DNA of 64,000 bases from the human T2T-CHM13v2.0 reference genome, Homo sapiens. Under the pieces are notes generated by a model, which ran no database searches, was not told the DNA's origin, and saw only the letters and a list, made by a program, of their open reading frames with translations. Positions 1 to 12,690 of this stretch are shown piece after piece. The position numbers and the translations under genes are program-made. The DNA lies in assembly GCF_009914755.1 (NCBI RefSeq), contig NC_060925.1; one strand, written 5' to 3'. Numbering within the stretch: position 1 is the first letter of the stretch; every line of letters starts with the position of its first letter.

Positions 1-12
1 CTGGTTTAGAAT

Positions 13-186
13 CAGAGCCAGCTTCATAGGTATGCAACCTGTGCAACTGCGCAGACCATCCACATTGGAGCCCCCTGGTTGATTTGACGCTCTGCAGGGA
101 AATTGGAATTCTTGATATTATTTTCAATAAGACGCCCCACTTTTTTATTTTGCACTGGGCCCATCAACTTAAGTAGGTACTCTTGG
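13..186 (+). mobile_element. MER91A-like hAT-Tip100 MITE
   Basis: cagagccagcttcataggtatgcaacctgtgcaactgc...ttttgcactgggccc resembles remembered MER91A consensus. Confidence 0.75.
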
Positions 187-399
187 TTAGAATAATCTAG
201 AACAGGACCAAGAGCCTGTGAGGAACAAGTCAGTGGGGGTTGCAGTTTTTGGGGGAGGAGGAGGAGGCCACAGACCTGACTCCTTGTGATGGGTCCTAGT
301 ATTATACATGGGCTTGAGCCAGGCAGCATGCAGTCCGCTGCCATAGAGAGGAGGTAAGCAGGGTGGTTTGTTGTCTTGTCCACCCATCACTTTGCCTTG

Positions 400-500
400 T
401 AAGTATAGACAAGACACTAACTGCTCTGCATGTCTCCTTTGTATCCCCAGCCCTGATCACACATAGTACCCAGCACATAGTAATCACTTAACACATTGTG
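400..500 (+). mobile_element. L2 3' end fragment
   Basis: tttgtatccccagcc...cccagcacatagtaatcactt matches L2 3' terminus. Confidence 0.65.
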
Positions 501-523
501 GCTATTTACTTTATTGCTGCTCT

Positions 524-690
524 AAAGTAGTCCAGAGATGAACCATTATTCCAGGGGCTTTACATGTATTATCTCTAGTTTTTCTGACAGCCTTTCAAGG
601 TAGACATGATCGTCCCTTCTTTACAGATGAGGCAACTGAGACTCAGAAACGTTAAGCAAAAGTATCTCTGGTTCATCTCTGGACTACTTT
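524..690. repeat. Perfect 22-bp inverted repeat (524-545 / 669-690) enclosing an inverted MIR copy
   Basis: aaagtagtccagagatgaacca is the exact reverse complement of tggttcatctctggactacttt. Confidence 0.95.
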
Positions 691-1004
691 GAAAAAATAG
701 ATGAAGTGTTGTGTGAGATGCATTATAAACTTTCCTATTTTTGGTGTCAGCACCATACTTTATATCTTGGCTATTCAGGGGCTTAACGTCAATTTCCCTG
801 CTAGTAACCTCTTTCTTTTATTGATTCAACAGCTGGATTAACTTCCCCAGCATCATCATTTATTAGCCACGTAATCTTAAATACTTTTGCTTAATGTTTC
901 TGAGTCTCATTTGCCTCATCTGTAAAGAAGAGATGATCATGTCTACCTTAAAAGGCTGCTAGGAAAACTAGAGATAATACATGTAAAGCCCCTGGAATAA
1001 TAGT
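542..1004. repeat. 124-bp inverted repeat (542-665 / 881-1004), MIR-derived, 115/124 identical
   Basis: Manual ungapped alignment of 542-665 to the reverse complement of 881-1004 gives 9 mismatches. Confidence 0.95.
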
Positions 1005-1030
1005 GACTGGCACGTAGTAGGTGTTCAAGT
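830..1030 (+). mobile_element. MIR SINE
   Basis: ctgagtctcatttgcctcatctgtaaa...gataatacatgtaaagc...ctggcacgtagtaggtgttcaa MIR core and tail. Confidence 0.85.
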
Positions 1031-1079
1031 CACTTTTCTTATTATAAAGTTGACATACAAACAGCTTTCATTGTGTCAT

Positions 1080-1660
1080 TTCCCTTCCTCAAAAATATCT
1101 TCAATGGCTCCCCATTGCCATGGCCATGGTGGATCAAAGCTCATCATGATCTAGCCATAGCCTACATTGTCTGACTTCTCTCACCAGTGTTTAAAAACTT
1201 CTCCAATGCTAGCTGTGTCTTGTTCCCCAGGCCACTGGAACCTCCTTGGCGACAGAATTCCATGTTATCACTTGAGTGCCTAGGAGCATGCCTGTCATAG
1301 TGTCTGTATGGCTGGTTGCTAATCACAGTGTATTTCAGGAATATTGTGCAATTCTGCTTTTTTCCCATTTGTTTATAGCTCTTAGTTCCTTCAAATTGGA
1401 AATGGATTATGGTTTTGCATTTGACTCAGGAAGAGGAAAAAAAACACCCATTTTTCCTCTCCTGTTTTTTTTTTTGTTTTTAAACAGCTAGTGTCACTCT
1501 TTTGGGATTATTTGTTTATATGTTTGTCTCTGTCTCTGGACTGTGAGGTCTGGGTGAGGAGGAATGGTGTTTAATTCTCATGTATATCTTCAGTGTTCAG
1601 CACATTGAGCCTGGCACAAATCAAAGAGACACTCATTAAATATTTGTCAAACTGATGAAT
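1080..1660 (+). mobile_element. L2 fragments
   Basis: cttcaatggctccccattgcc... and 3' end ctggactgtgag...cctggcaca...aaatatttgtc. Confidence 0.65.
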
Positions 1661-2444
1661 ATTGGAAAGCTCAAGTTTTTATGGCAGACGAGGGAGACAG
1701 TGGGAGCTGCCTTTTTATTGGAAAAACATTGTTTATTAGATCTGTATGGATCATTTAGAAAATATGCAGTTGGTTATCTTTTATGGTCAAAGAAGAAAAT
1801 CAGTATAAAATGCTTAATTAAAAGCAGGAGCTAACATTTCCCCTAGTAACGAAGGCAGGCTTGTGAATATTTTCCTTTCCTTAGCTCAGGAGATGGGCAG
1901 GCAGCCAGGCTCAAAGATGGGGATGCTTCATAGACAGATGAGAAGGTTTGACTTAGGAGGACTGAGTCCCAGGGTTACCCTGGGTCCATTTTTGCTTTAA
2001 TGTTTCTCCGCATGGATGTTGAAAATGTGAATGAAGAGTGTTAATTCCTTAAGATATTCTGATGACAATGTCAACCCCTTTAAGGTGATTTTGCTGTTAC
2101 CTATAAAATTATCACTTGTTTGTGAATTGATTATAATGGCATATTTTCAGGAGTATGTTTTGTACTTTTAATTTGAGATTAAAAGCCCTAAGAAGTGTGG
2201 GTCTTTTTCTTATTCTTCTTGGTGCTCCTGTGCCTGACACAGAGCAGGCCCTTAAAAGATGTGATACCTGGAGTTCTTATTCACTTGGCCTCAGCAGAGT
2301 TGGCCCTTTCCTGGGTGTAGGAAACTGCTGAGGACTAGGAGCTGGGGAGGCAGAAAAGGCAATGATGTTCTGAATGTTTCTGCCACTGGAAGGAAATCAG
2401 GCCCTCTGAGACAGACAATGATTGGATGTGCTGCAGGACAGGAG

Positions 2445-2594
2445 GTCTGAGTACTGGCAGCATCCACATTACCTGGGAGCTTGCTGGAAATGCAGAATCT
2501 CAGATGTGCTCCAGACTTACTGAATCAGACACTGCAGTTCATCAAGATCCTCAGGTAATTCATCTGCACATTAACATCTGAGATGTGCTGCTCT
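2445..2594. mobile_element. MER5A hAT-Charlie MITE
   Basis: cagcatccacattacctgggagcttgctggaaatgcagaatctcag...actgaatcaga. Confidence 0.8.
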
Positions 2595-2684
2595 GATGAG
2601 AAAAATCTGGGAACTTCCTCAACCTTGAGACTCGATAGTCTGGATTTTCGTAATTCTAGGATGTAGCATGGTGAAGTTTGACTG

Positions 2685-2865
2685 ACCTTGAATCCCAGAG
2701 CTGCCACTGTGGGGATATTAATTAACCTTTTTAATCTCAGATGTTTTTCATCTATAAAAAGTATATGTTGGGTATTTTGCTAGGTTTTTTTTTTTTGGTG
2801 AGGATTAAATGAAATAATATAATGCTCTTGGCATATAGTAGGAACTTAATAAATATTACTTATTG
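2685..2865 (+). mobile_element. MIR SINE
   Basis: gaatcccagagctgccact...gtgaggattaaatgaaataat...ggcatatagtaggaacttaataaat. Confidence 0.7.
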
Positions 2866-3117
2866 CTGATTTTGTTATTTTATCTGAGCCCTGGTGTAGA
2901 TGGTTTATTTATTTATTATGATAGGAGAAAATTGCTGTATTATTATGATTACAATGTTGTAATTTTGCATTAGTTTTATGTCATTTATATGATTTAATGA
3001 GTATTCTTAAAGAATTAAAAAGCATTTGCATGCTTTTGACCTCTTGTTTTAACCTGTTTTTGAATCTTCTACTCATAACATGGACGTATTATGTGGCTGT
3101 ATTTATGGGTATCATGT

Positions 3118-3415
3118 TTTTGGTCTTTTTTTTGAGACAGAGTCTCGCTCTGTCACCCAGGCTGGAGAGCAGTGGCATGATCTCGGCTTACTGCAACTTC
3201 TGTCTCCTGGGTTTAAACAATTCTCCTGCCTCAGCCTCCTGAGTAGCTTGGATTACAGGCACCCACCACCACACCTGGATAATTTTTGTATTTTTAGTAA
3301 AGACGGGGTTTCACCATGTTGGCCAGGCTGGTCTTGAACTCCTGACCCCAAGTGATCCGCCCGCCTCAGCCTCCCAAAGTGTTGGGATTACAGATGTGAG
3401 CCACTGTGCCTGGCC
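3118..3415 (-). mobile_element. AluS (Sx/Sz-like), full length
   Basis: Dimeric Alu; TSD gggtatcatgt at 3107-3117 and 3416-3426. Confidence 0.95.
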
Positions 3416-4229
3416 GGGTATCATGTATTTTTTAAACACCACTGAATCACTTATATTTCATTTTGGAGATTTCTTCCTCCCATTTATTCTGATAATAATG
3501 ATTAAGTAGCCTTTTTATCCAGCACTCATTAGACAGTTAATGAAAAAGGTTAGTTAAAATAGGGAGTGAGGAAATAGTGAAGAAATGAAATTAACTATTT
3601 TATCTCACTTTAACTGCCTAGCTGTACATTCATTTAATCATGTAGCTTTTCCTTTGAGCTGGGTCTGATGTTTGGAGGGTGCTGTCTTCTTTCACAACCA
3701 CACCTAACCTGTAATACATTTTCTGTGGTATCCAGCTTTGTTTTCTCTAAAGTGGATAGAAGCTGAAAGACACAAGTAAAGCACTGTAAATGGGGAATTC
3801 TTTTAGATACGTATAATGCCCCCCCATGTGTTTATCCTTGTCTTAGAGTTAACACAGTGGTAATTATTTGGTTGGGGGAGGGGAGGAGGTTATTTTTATT
3901 TCACTTTCCAAAGAATTGGGCTTAATTTTCACAGAAGCAACAACTCGTCTTATACTCTTGTTTTATTAATTTAAATTCTGTAAAGTACACAATTTCCAAA
4001 AAATTATATAGCTGAAACTGTATAACAAGCTTTGGGATCAAACCCTACTGAATCTTGTCAGAATAGAACTCAAGAGGTGGGAATAGTGCATGGCTTGTCC
4101 AGGAGCATCCACGGAGCATCCTTGGACACTAGGTGGGGTGCTCTATAGAGGGAATGGAGAGCCCTGCCCGATCTAGTGAGTTAGTTATGTGGAGGTTGGT
4201 TAAAAAAACTTCTATATTTGTTTATTTGC

Positions 4230-4440
4230 ATGCTACTTTACAGTTCTTGAAGTACTTTCAAATTGATTTTCTCATTTAATTTTTACAATGCTCATGAAAT
4301 AAGCAAGGCAAGAATTTAGAGGTGGGAAAATGGAGGTTCATAGAAGTTGAATTGTGTGACTATGAATAAGTAATTTCCTTGAAGGTGCGTTGGAAGCAGA
4401 GTTCAGATTTTTCAGTCTTAAGCCAGATCTCTACCCTCTC
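4230..4440 (-). mobile_element. MIR-family fragment
   Basis: ttctcatttaatttttacaat...gggaaaatggaggttcatagaagttgaa. Confidence 0.55.
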
Positions 4441-4639
4441 TTCTCGATTGCCTCTTTTCTTGCTGTTTTGAAAGCAGTGATGAGACTTTGATTTTATTTA
4501 GATATTTATAATTTTCTTATAGCATTATGTTACCATCATAGGGCATATCAGTAATAGTAACATACTACATATGTCAATGTTAGACATTTAATCACCTCTA
4601 GCAACCTACAAGCAAATAAAGAGACAAAACTCCTCTGGA

Positions 4640-4940
4640 CCAGCACTGTCCAATAAAATTATAATTTGAGCCACATATGTAGTTTGAAATTTTCCTTTGG
4701 GCACATTACAAAACAAAAAAGAAACAAATAAAATTAATTGTATATTTTCTTTAACCCAGTAAATCCAAAATATCATCATTTCAACATGCAATCTTTATAA
4801 AAATTCTTCTTGTGATATTTTGCACTCTTCTTTTTGTACTAAGTCTTTCAAATCAGGTGTGTAAATTGCTTTACAGCACAGCTTATCTCAGACTAGCCAT
4901 ATTTCAGGTGCTCACTTGCCACATATGTTGAACAACACAC
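4640..4940. mobile_element. MER33 hAT-Charlie element
   Basis: cagcactgtccaataaaattataatttgagccacatatgta...actagccatatttcaggtgctc. Confidence 0.85.
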
Positions 4941-5098
4941 CTCTGAACTTTAAGAAGAATATTGTAACAAATGCAGGCATGTGAACACTTGGAGATACAA
5001 GCCTCTAATACTTTGGGGCCATTTAATTTCGAGACAAATAGTTTTACAGATTTCGGTGGCTCCTAATAATGACTCCAAATCATTAAAAATAAGATTAA

Positions 5099-5464
<366 letters not shown>

Positions 5465-5484
5465 CAAAAATATTTTTAAAAAAG

Positions 5485-6297
5485 GTTTGACATATAACCC
5501 AGCCATTGTACTCCTGGACATTTGTCCCAGAGAAATGAAAACTTATGTCCACATAAAAGCCTTTACAGGATTGTTCATGGCAGCCTTGCTTGTAATAGCC
5601 AAAATCTAGAAACAAACCAAATGCCCTTCAGTGGGTGAATGGTTAAACAAACTGTGCTACATCCATACCGTGGAATACTACTTCACAATAAAAATAAATG
5701 AACTGTCGATGCACTCAACAACTTGGATGGGTCCAAAGGGAATTGTGCTGAGTGAACAAAGACTCAGCAAAACTCAGTGAAAATAATGTTTTACTGGGTA
5801 AAAAATTATGAGACATTAAAAAAAGTACCCTTTTGAGATTATGCTGAGTAATCTCTAAAGGTTATATTTATAGAACATTCCCAAAATAACAAAATTGAAG
5901 AAATAGAGAACAGATTAATGGTTGCCAGGGTTAGGGACTCAGGAGGGGGGCGTCCTGGGAGGGGGATGGCTGTGGCTGTGAAGGAGGATCATGAGGCAAC
6001 TCTGTGGTGGTGGAACAGTCCTGTATTGTAATTGTAATGGTGGTTACATGAACCTATATGTGATAAAATTGCACAGAACGCACACACTCACACACAAACA
6101 CACATGAGTGCATGTCAAACTGGTCCAATCTGAGTAAGGCCTATGGATGTACCAATGCTGATTTCCTGATTTTTCTATTGTATTAGTGTTATAGAAGATG
6201 TTACCAGAGGGCAAAACTGGATGACGGGTATGTGAGACCTCTCTGTGCTATTTTTGTAACTTCCTCTCAATCTATACTTATTTCAAATTAAATAAAA
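5485..6297 (+). mobile_element. L1M (L1MD/MC-like) 3' end
   Basis: cccagagaaatgaaaacttatgtccac...ggaatactac...gtgagacctctctgtgctatttttgtaacttcc and A-rich end. Confidence 0.85.
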
Positions 6298-6417
6298 GCC
6301 TGGTGCTTGAATAGATGTTCTATTATTTGTAAAGCCTCCTTCCTAGAACTCTACAGTGAAGAACCCCAGTGAAGATGTATGAATGAGGATGAGCGTGGAC
6401 ATCTGTTCAGGGACCCT

Positions 6418-6524
6418 TTTAATTTTATTTTATTTTTACCGTTCTTTATTTATTTTTAATTATACTTTAAGTTCTGGGATACAAGTGCAGAACGTGTAGG
6501 TTTGTTACATAGGTATACATGTGC
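6418..6524 (-). mobile_element. Very short L1PA 3' stub with T-rich tail
   Basis: ttatactttaagttctgggatacaagtgcagaacgtgtaggtttgttacataggtatacatgtgc is the L1PA 3' terminus. Confidence 0.85.
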
Positions 6525-7099
6525 AGGGCTGCTTTTTCTACAAGCTTGGGGCTGGGCTTATCTCAGTGCAGAGGGGAATGGTTGTGGCCTAGCTGCAATC
6601 TCTCCCCTAAATAAGAAGGGACCCCATTCTTGTTCCAGTTTCTTGTTAAGGTCACTGCAGCAGAGGATGCCATCTCTAGGCTCCTGAATCAGAATGTCCC
6701 CTGAGGTGCCATTGGGCTGTTTGACCCCACCTTGGGAATGCTAGAGCCTGAGATCTTGTCACTTGCTCTTCACATTTTCATATTAATGTGTCACTGGCTT
6801 TCAGCAGTTGCCTCTCAGTAATGCATTTAGTCCCTGGTGAGTATTTCATAGCCAGATGAACTTTAATCCCTGAATGCGCTGAAAGGGAGGGTTCCTTTTC
6901 CTCTTTTGAAGATTCTGCTCCCCTGTAAGAAAAGTGCATGATTTAATTAGTGGATGAAAGAAAAGGGCCCAAATGGAGCCAAAAAAGAGTCAGCAGCATT
7001 GCCACCCACCTGCAGACACACAATAGGATAAAAGCAGCACCTGATCAGGGAGGGGAAGGAACGAGGAGGGAGAGGGACAGGCTTGGCCGTGGGTGTAGC

Positions 7100-7305
7100 C
7101 CGGAGTTGGGAAGCCCGTGGCCCAGGATCAGGTCAGCCACTGGCTCAGTGTGACCTTGGAGCTCAGCCTCTGTGGGATTTGTTTTCTCATCCTTTTAAAA
7201 TGGAGATGGTAGTATAGATCCTTCCTACCTCCAGAAACATGTAGACAGCAGAAAGAAGATGGGGGCAAATCTATGAAAGTATAAAATGCACTATAAAAAA
7301 GTATA
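7100..7305 (+). mobile_element. MIR-family SINE
   Basis: gtgtgaccttgg...tttctcatccttttaaaatggagat core. Confidence 0.6.
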
Positions 7306-7553
7306 ATGCAGTTTATAAATGATTGCTCCTAATGCATCAACTGGAGTGAAACTAGCCAGAGTGTAAGAGAGGAAAGAGGGGAAGATGCAGAACTCTGTTC
7401 TTGTATCTTTTTTAAAAAGCACAAAAAGGTGATGTCTTGGTAAAGAGTAGAAGTTTGACATGTTTTGTCGTGATAAGAATAGAATTACTGTGGTGACTGT
7501 CCATTTATCCACTTGGGATCCGAGCATTCCAAAGTATAAGATGCTTCATTACA

Positions 7554-7855
7554 GGCCGGGTACAGTGGCTCATGCCTGTAAGCCCAGCCACTTTGGAAGG
7601 TGGAAGCAGGAGGATCTTTTAAGGACAGGAGTTCATGACCAGCCTGGGCAACATAGCAAGATCCTGTCTCTATAAAATATATTTAAAAAATTAGCCTGGT
7701 GCAGTGGAATGCACCTGTAGTCCCAAATACTAGGAAGGCTGAGGTGGGAAGACTGCTTGAGCCCAGGAGTTCAAGGCTGCAGCCCAATATGATTGCATGA
7801 CTGCACTCAAGGCTGGGCAACAAAGCGAGACGCTGTCTCAAAAAATAAATAAAAA
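7554..7855 (+). mobile_element. AluJ
   Basis: gcctgggcaacatagcaaga, ttgagcccaggagttcaaggctgcag AluJ diagnostics. Confidence 0.93.
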
Positions 7856-8115
7856 TGCTCCTTGGCTGTATAAGACATATTTTATTGCCCTTTTGGAGAT
7901 TTATAATGAGCACATTAAAGTTTTGGAAAAATCCTGCAACAAAGAAATCCGTTTTACTTTGTTTAGTTCAGTAACTCCTTAGTTTATTATCCATGGACCC
8001 CTCTCCTGTGCCCTGTGACTTCCTCCTAACTTGTTACATAGCCTGGTCAAGTGCGCTGGAACAAGGGTACTGCTCTGCAGAATTCTGAACTGAGTTCCTG
8101 GGGTTTTGTTGTTAG

Positions 8116-8441
<326 letters not shown>

Positions 8442-9794
8442 CTATTTAATTTTTGTAAATAATTTAGTGTTTTGTTTTTGTTTTTGTTTTGGCCTCAAGG
8501 AAACTCAAGGAAAATTTGTACCTCATGGTTAGTTTCCATTTTAGAATACTGTGACCTTTGTATCTTTGTATTGTTTTTCAAGTTTTCTTTCCTTGTCTTG
8601 ACAGATTCACAGGCCCTGACTTAAAAATTCTTGTTACTGTATTGCTTGTTGTATCATAAGCCATTTCAGAATCTGCCTGGATTGAGATGGGCTATGAATA
8701 TAATTAAGAAACAAAAACAAACTAATAAAATTACAATAACAACTCTTTTTTGAGGGCCTGTCATTTTTCAGGCATGGTACTGGGTTCTTTGCATAAATGA
8801 TTTCTTCCTTAATGTGATCAAGGTGTTCCTCAGTTTTGTCCTAGGAGGTTTTAGATCTCACGGTTCTAATTTAGTTTCTCAGAGTCTTACAACTGGGAGG
8901 GACTTTTGAGAGCATCTGACCCTAAGAAATAACCTCCAGGGAGATGAAAGTCTAAACCAGCCAGGACAGATGGTCTTCTGAGACTCTCCATGGCAACCTG
9001 CAGCTAATCTCTGCCCTTCTGCCACTTCTGGGAAAATTGCTTTACGGAAATGCTGTTTTAACTGGGAGCATGAAATCACTAATGATGGGCAAGGTGGGGG
9101 TGGCTGGTTTGTGTTTGGGAAATTAAGGTTCAGTGCCTGTCTCTCTGGGGGGAGCAGCTGCTGTGAGCCAGGATTACCTAGGACAGTTTCTGTCTGATGA
9201 GAGAAGGGGACAATGCCTTCCTCCACTCAGGTGGGTGAAGGAGGACTCTCACATGTGCTGAGTTTGTGCTAGCATCAGTCTTTTCATTGCCCTGCCTTCA
9301 CATACCCCAGCATCTCATCTAAGATGTGTCCTGCTGACATGAGCCAAGTAATGTCATTCTTCCTCATCCAGAGCCATTTCTGGCTGTCCCAGGCTTTAGA
9401 GCGATTTCCCTCACTTGGCATAGGTCTTTGCAATATTTTGTTATATCATCTTTCCATGTGTAAGCCCCATCTTGTCTCCTTGTGTAGACTGGGCACTCCT
9501 GAAGGCAGGGATGATGCCCTACGCATGGTTGTTTCTCAAGTTACTGTTCAGTACCAGGTGCATATTGGTCCTGGGGTGGGGATATTTATTGTTGCTGCTG
9601 GTTGGCATCAGTATTTGGTAAATAGAGTGGAGGGATCTGTGCTGGTCTCTGGAGATACAAAGATGCGTGGACACTTTTCAGTTCATAGTAATAACTGAGT
9701 TTCTTGAGGGGAGGGACTGAAATTTATTCATGTCTCTCCAACACTGTACCTGGCATATTGAACTGTGGCAGAGGCTGCTACTTGTTCTTCCCAA

Positions 9795-9930
9795 TATTAT
9801 TATTATTAGTGGTAGTTGTAGTAATAGTATTAATAGTAGTTTTCCCTCTCCTTCTCTCTTTCTTCCTCTTCCTCCAACTCCTACTCTCCTTCTCTTTCTT
9901 CCTCTTCTTCCTCCTCCTCCAATAGTAATA
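9795..9930. repeat. Low-complexity (TAT/TAG)n plus (CTT/CCT)n tract
   Basis: Direct reading. Confidence 0.85.
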
Positions 9931-9944
9931 GGAACTTTACCTGG

Positions 9945-10345
9945 GCACGTTTGCCAGCTTTCCTTGCAGCTGAATATGGTCATGTGAGGTTCTGGTGAAA
10001 GAGACATAAACAGAGGTGATAATTGTAACTTCCAACTTGTGCTTTAAAAGGAAAGCAGTGGGCCATCTCCTTTTTCTCCTTCTGTTGGGCTGGAGCACAG
10101 CTCTATCTTTGACCATATGAATAAAGGTCACACTTTTGGGATGGCAGAGCAACAAAGTGGAAGGAGCCTGGGTCCTCATCCTTGCTGAGCTGTTGCCATG
10201 ACCCTAGACTGAATAACTGAACTGTTTTTATTTGTAAAGTAACATTTACATGAGAGACAAATATACTTCTATCTTGTTTAAACTTTTCTACCTTTGGGTA
10301 CAAAAGGCACTTATTATAGCTGCCTAGTCTGTATTCTGATCAATT
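9945..10345 (+). mobile_element. MLT1 (MLT1J-like) MaLR LTR
   Basis: cagctttccttgcagctg...gtcatgtga...gatggcagagcaacaaagtggaaggagcctgggtcc. Confidence 0.7.
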
Positions 10346-10464
10346 CAGGAGGTATTGATAAATGTCTGTTAAATGGATGAATGAATTTCTGCCTTCCCTT
10401 ATTATTGAGCAGCTTTAATAGTGGTCAGCGCATACATTTAAATTGAGAAAGGAGGTTTCCCAGG

Positions 10465-10630
10465 TGACTTTCACCGTATTTCATTGGCCAGAAATGTGTC
10501 ATGTGGGTCTCTCTGGCTGCAAGGAGGCTGTGGATGTGAGTTTTATTTTCCAGTCACTGTAGATGAAGAAGGCAGAAAAGGGGTAGGAAAAAGGAGGAAT
10601 GAGTGAACCAATCTATAGTACCTATCAGCA
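10465..10630 (-). mobile_element. MLT1 LTR fragment
   Basis: cattggccagaaatgtgtcatgtgg...ggctgcaaggaggctg. Confidence 0.6.
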
Positions 10631-12212
10631 GTCACATATAAGAAAATTAGTTTTCATTTATGTTTTTTTTTTTTTAAAGAATATAAGCCACCTAATTTGA
10701 GTATTGCCAAGAAGAGATGTACTTCTTATCCTAGTTGAACCAGATTTTGGGAAGACAAGATGTTTTCAAAAGAGTAGATAATTATCAGCGTGGACCTTGG
10801 GGCTAGATGTAGTCATCTTGTCACACAACTTGATTCATGGCCATTTGGAACTGTCTACAATGGGATGGATGTTGATGCTGAGGCCACCTGGTGCTTCAGT
10901 GTCTTAAATGCTTTCTTTGGGGCCACAGCCAATTCCAGGCAAGGCATGGCAATCCCATAGTTTGTAGGTGATATGGAAAAGGTAGTGTCAGGGCAGTCAG
11001 AAACCCTCAGCAAATACTTAAGTACTTCTGTGCACCAGCAATGCTAGGTACCAGGGAATCCCATAAATGATCTCTCTGCCATCAAGAGGGAGATGAAGAG
11101 ATAAACTGATGAGTCCCCCACAGGGTAATGAATGCCATATAGAATGTCTGTGAAGAGTATTGGGAACAAAGCGGGAGAACAAGACAGAAAGTTTCCCTGG
11201 AAGAGCAATAGGAGGTACCTGGAGCCTCTATATTTAATTTCTAAAGAGATTCTAAAACAGTGGGTCTGAAATATATAGTCTGCTTCCAAATTGGGTTTAA
11301 ATTAGCATCTTGTGTATCATATATACATTGTACTTGTTACTCTGGGGAATGGAGAGTTTCAAAGAAGTCTAGAGTTGAAGCATTGTCCTTTTCTCTGTCT
11401 AGGGGAGACGCTTAAGCAAACGTGAATGTACTTCCAATGTGGCATCTAAGCAGAGAGACCATGGAAAGGCCAAGTTTTAAGAATTGAGTGTTTCTCCTTT
11501 CGATTAAAGAAAGAAAGTTGCTCATGAATATATGTCACTTCAGGCAAGGGGCATGGGATCCTGAAAATATCTGTGTCAGAAAATCTTTGCAAACAAAAAT
11601 CCTCTTCCACACCTTTCCAAAGTCAAGAATACGTTGGACATTTAACATTTTAGGTTTTGGATTTTCTTAAAGCAAGGCACACAAGAAGATCAAAGAAGGT
11701 GCATTGACATGTTGGCAAAGAAGAAGCATGAAATTCAATTCTGTGGAACTCATTTTACCAGAGAAATTTCATAAAACAAAGTAAACTTATCAGTGGTTTA
11801 AGTTGCCAACCCTTGGATTCCAATGCAACAAGCAGGATGGATGCAGGCAGCTTGCCCAGGTTCAATGGAGTTTAAAGGCCAGGTGTTTGTGTAGGGGAAG
11901 GAAAAACATTGTCCTGCTCAGGAAAAATGTATTCAAATAAGAAACGAGAAACCCATTTTGAGAATTTAGTGCATATGTTCATTTTACAGGTGTGTTGGGA
12001 AATTATCGGCAAATGAATGGATTTGGTCACAAAGCCTTTGGGTTGATTTGGGGGAGGAATGTTGCTTCTTGGGAAACAGCCAGAGGAGGCAAAAGATATT
12101 TTTGGGAACATTCTAAGGCATTCTCTTTCCTCTTTTTTGTTGATGGCTTCCAAGTTGTCTAGCCCTGAATCTCTTATGTGCATTGGGGAATTACATAGCG
12201 GTAGAAGGCACG

Positions 12213-12690
12213 CATCATTTCTTTACTTAACTATGTGTCCAGAACCATTGTTGAGTTCTGGAGATGAACAGACACACTTCAGCCTTTAATGAACTGCTAG
12301 GCAGGAGGGGGAAACACACATGTAATCTAAATAATGTAATGTAATGCCATAAGTGGTGTAAAGGCTTGTGGTTTTGGAGAAGAGGAACAGATGAACTGTC
12401 CAGAGGACATTAGAGAAGCCTTCACAGAAAAGATTATATTTGAGCTGGATACTGAAGGATCTTGAAGGTGATTGCCAGGAAGAAGGGAGGAAAGGGCAGA
12501 CCAGATGGAGGTATCCACGTATGCAAAGGCATGGAGGTGTGAAACATGATGCCTCTAGGGGATGTCTCATTTAGCTGGAACACGGGTTTTGGGAGGCCCA
12601 TGGAGGCTATTTTGGGAAATAATACTGGATTGCAAATGGCCTGATATGCTTGCTAGTCTACAAATCTAAACTTAATCTTTTAAGAAGTAA
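12213..12690 (-). mobile_element. L2 fragment
   Basis: gaagccttcacagaaaagattatatttgagctgg...tgcaaaggcatggaggtgtgaaac. Confidence 0.75.

Noticed and set aside
524-690. Novel MITE with 22-bp terminal inverted repeats
   Set aside because: No TSD outside the arms (ctct vs gaaa), and the interior is a copy of the adjacent MIR, so local templated insertion explains it better.
542-1004. miRNA precursor
   Set aside because: The 215-nt loop and 124-bp stem do not fit Drosha hairpin geometry.
1968-1984. cccagggt-t-accctggg palindrome
   Set aside because: 8-bp arms are expected a few times by chance in 64 kb.
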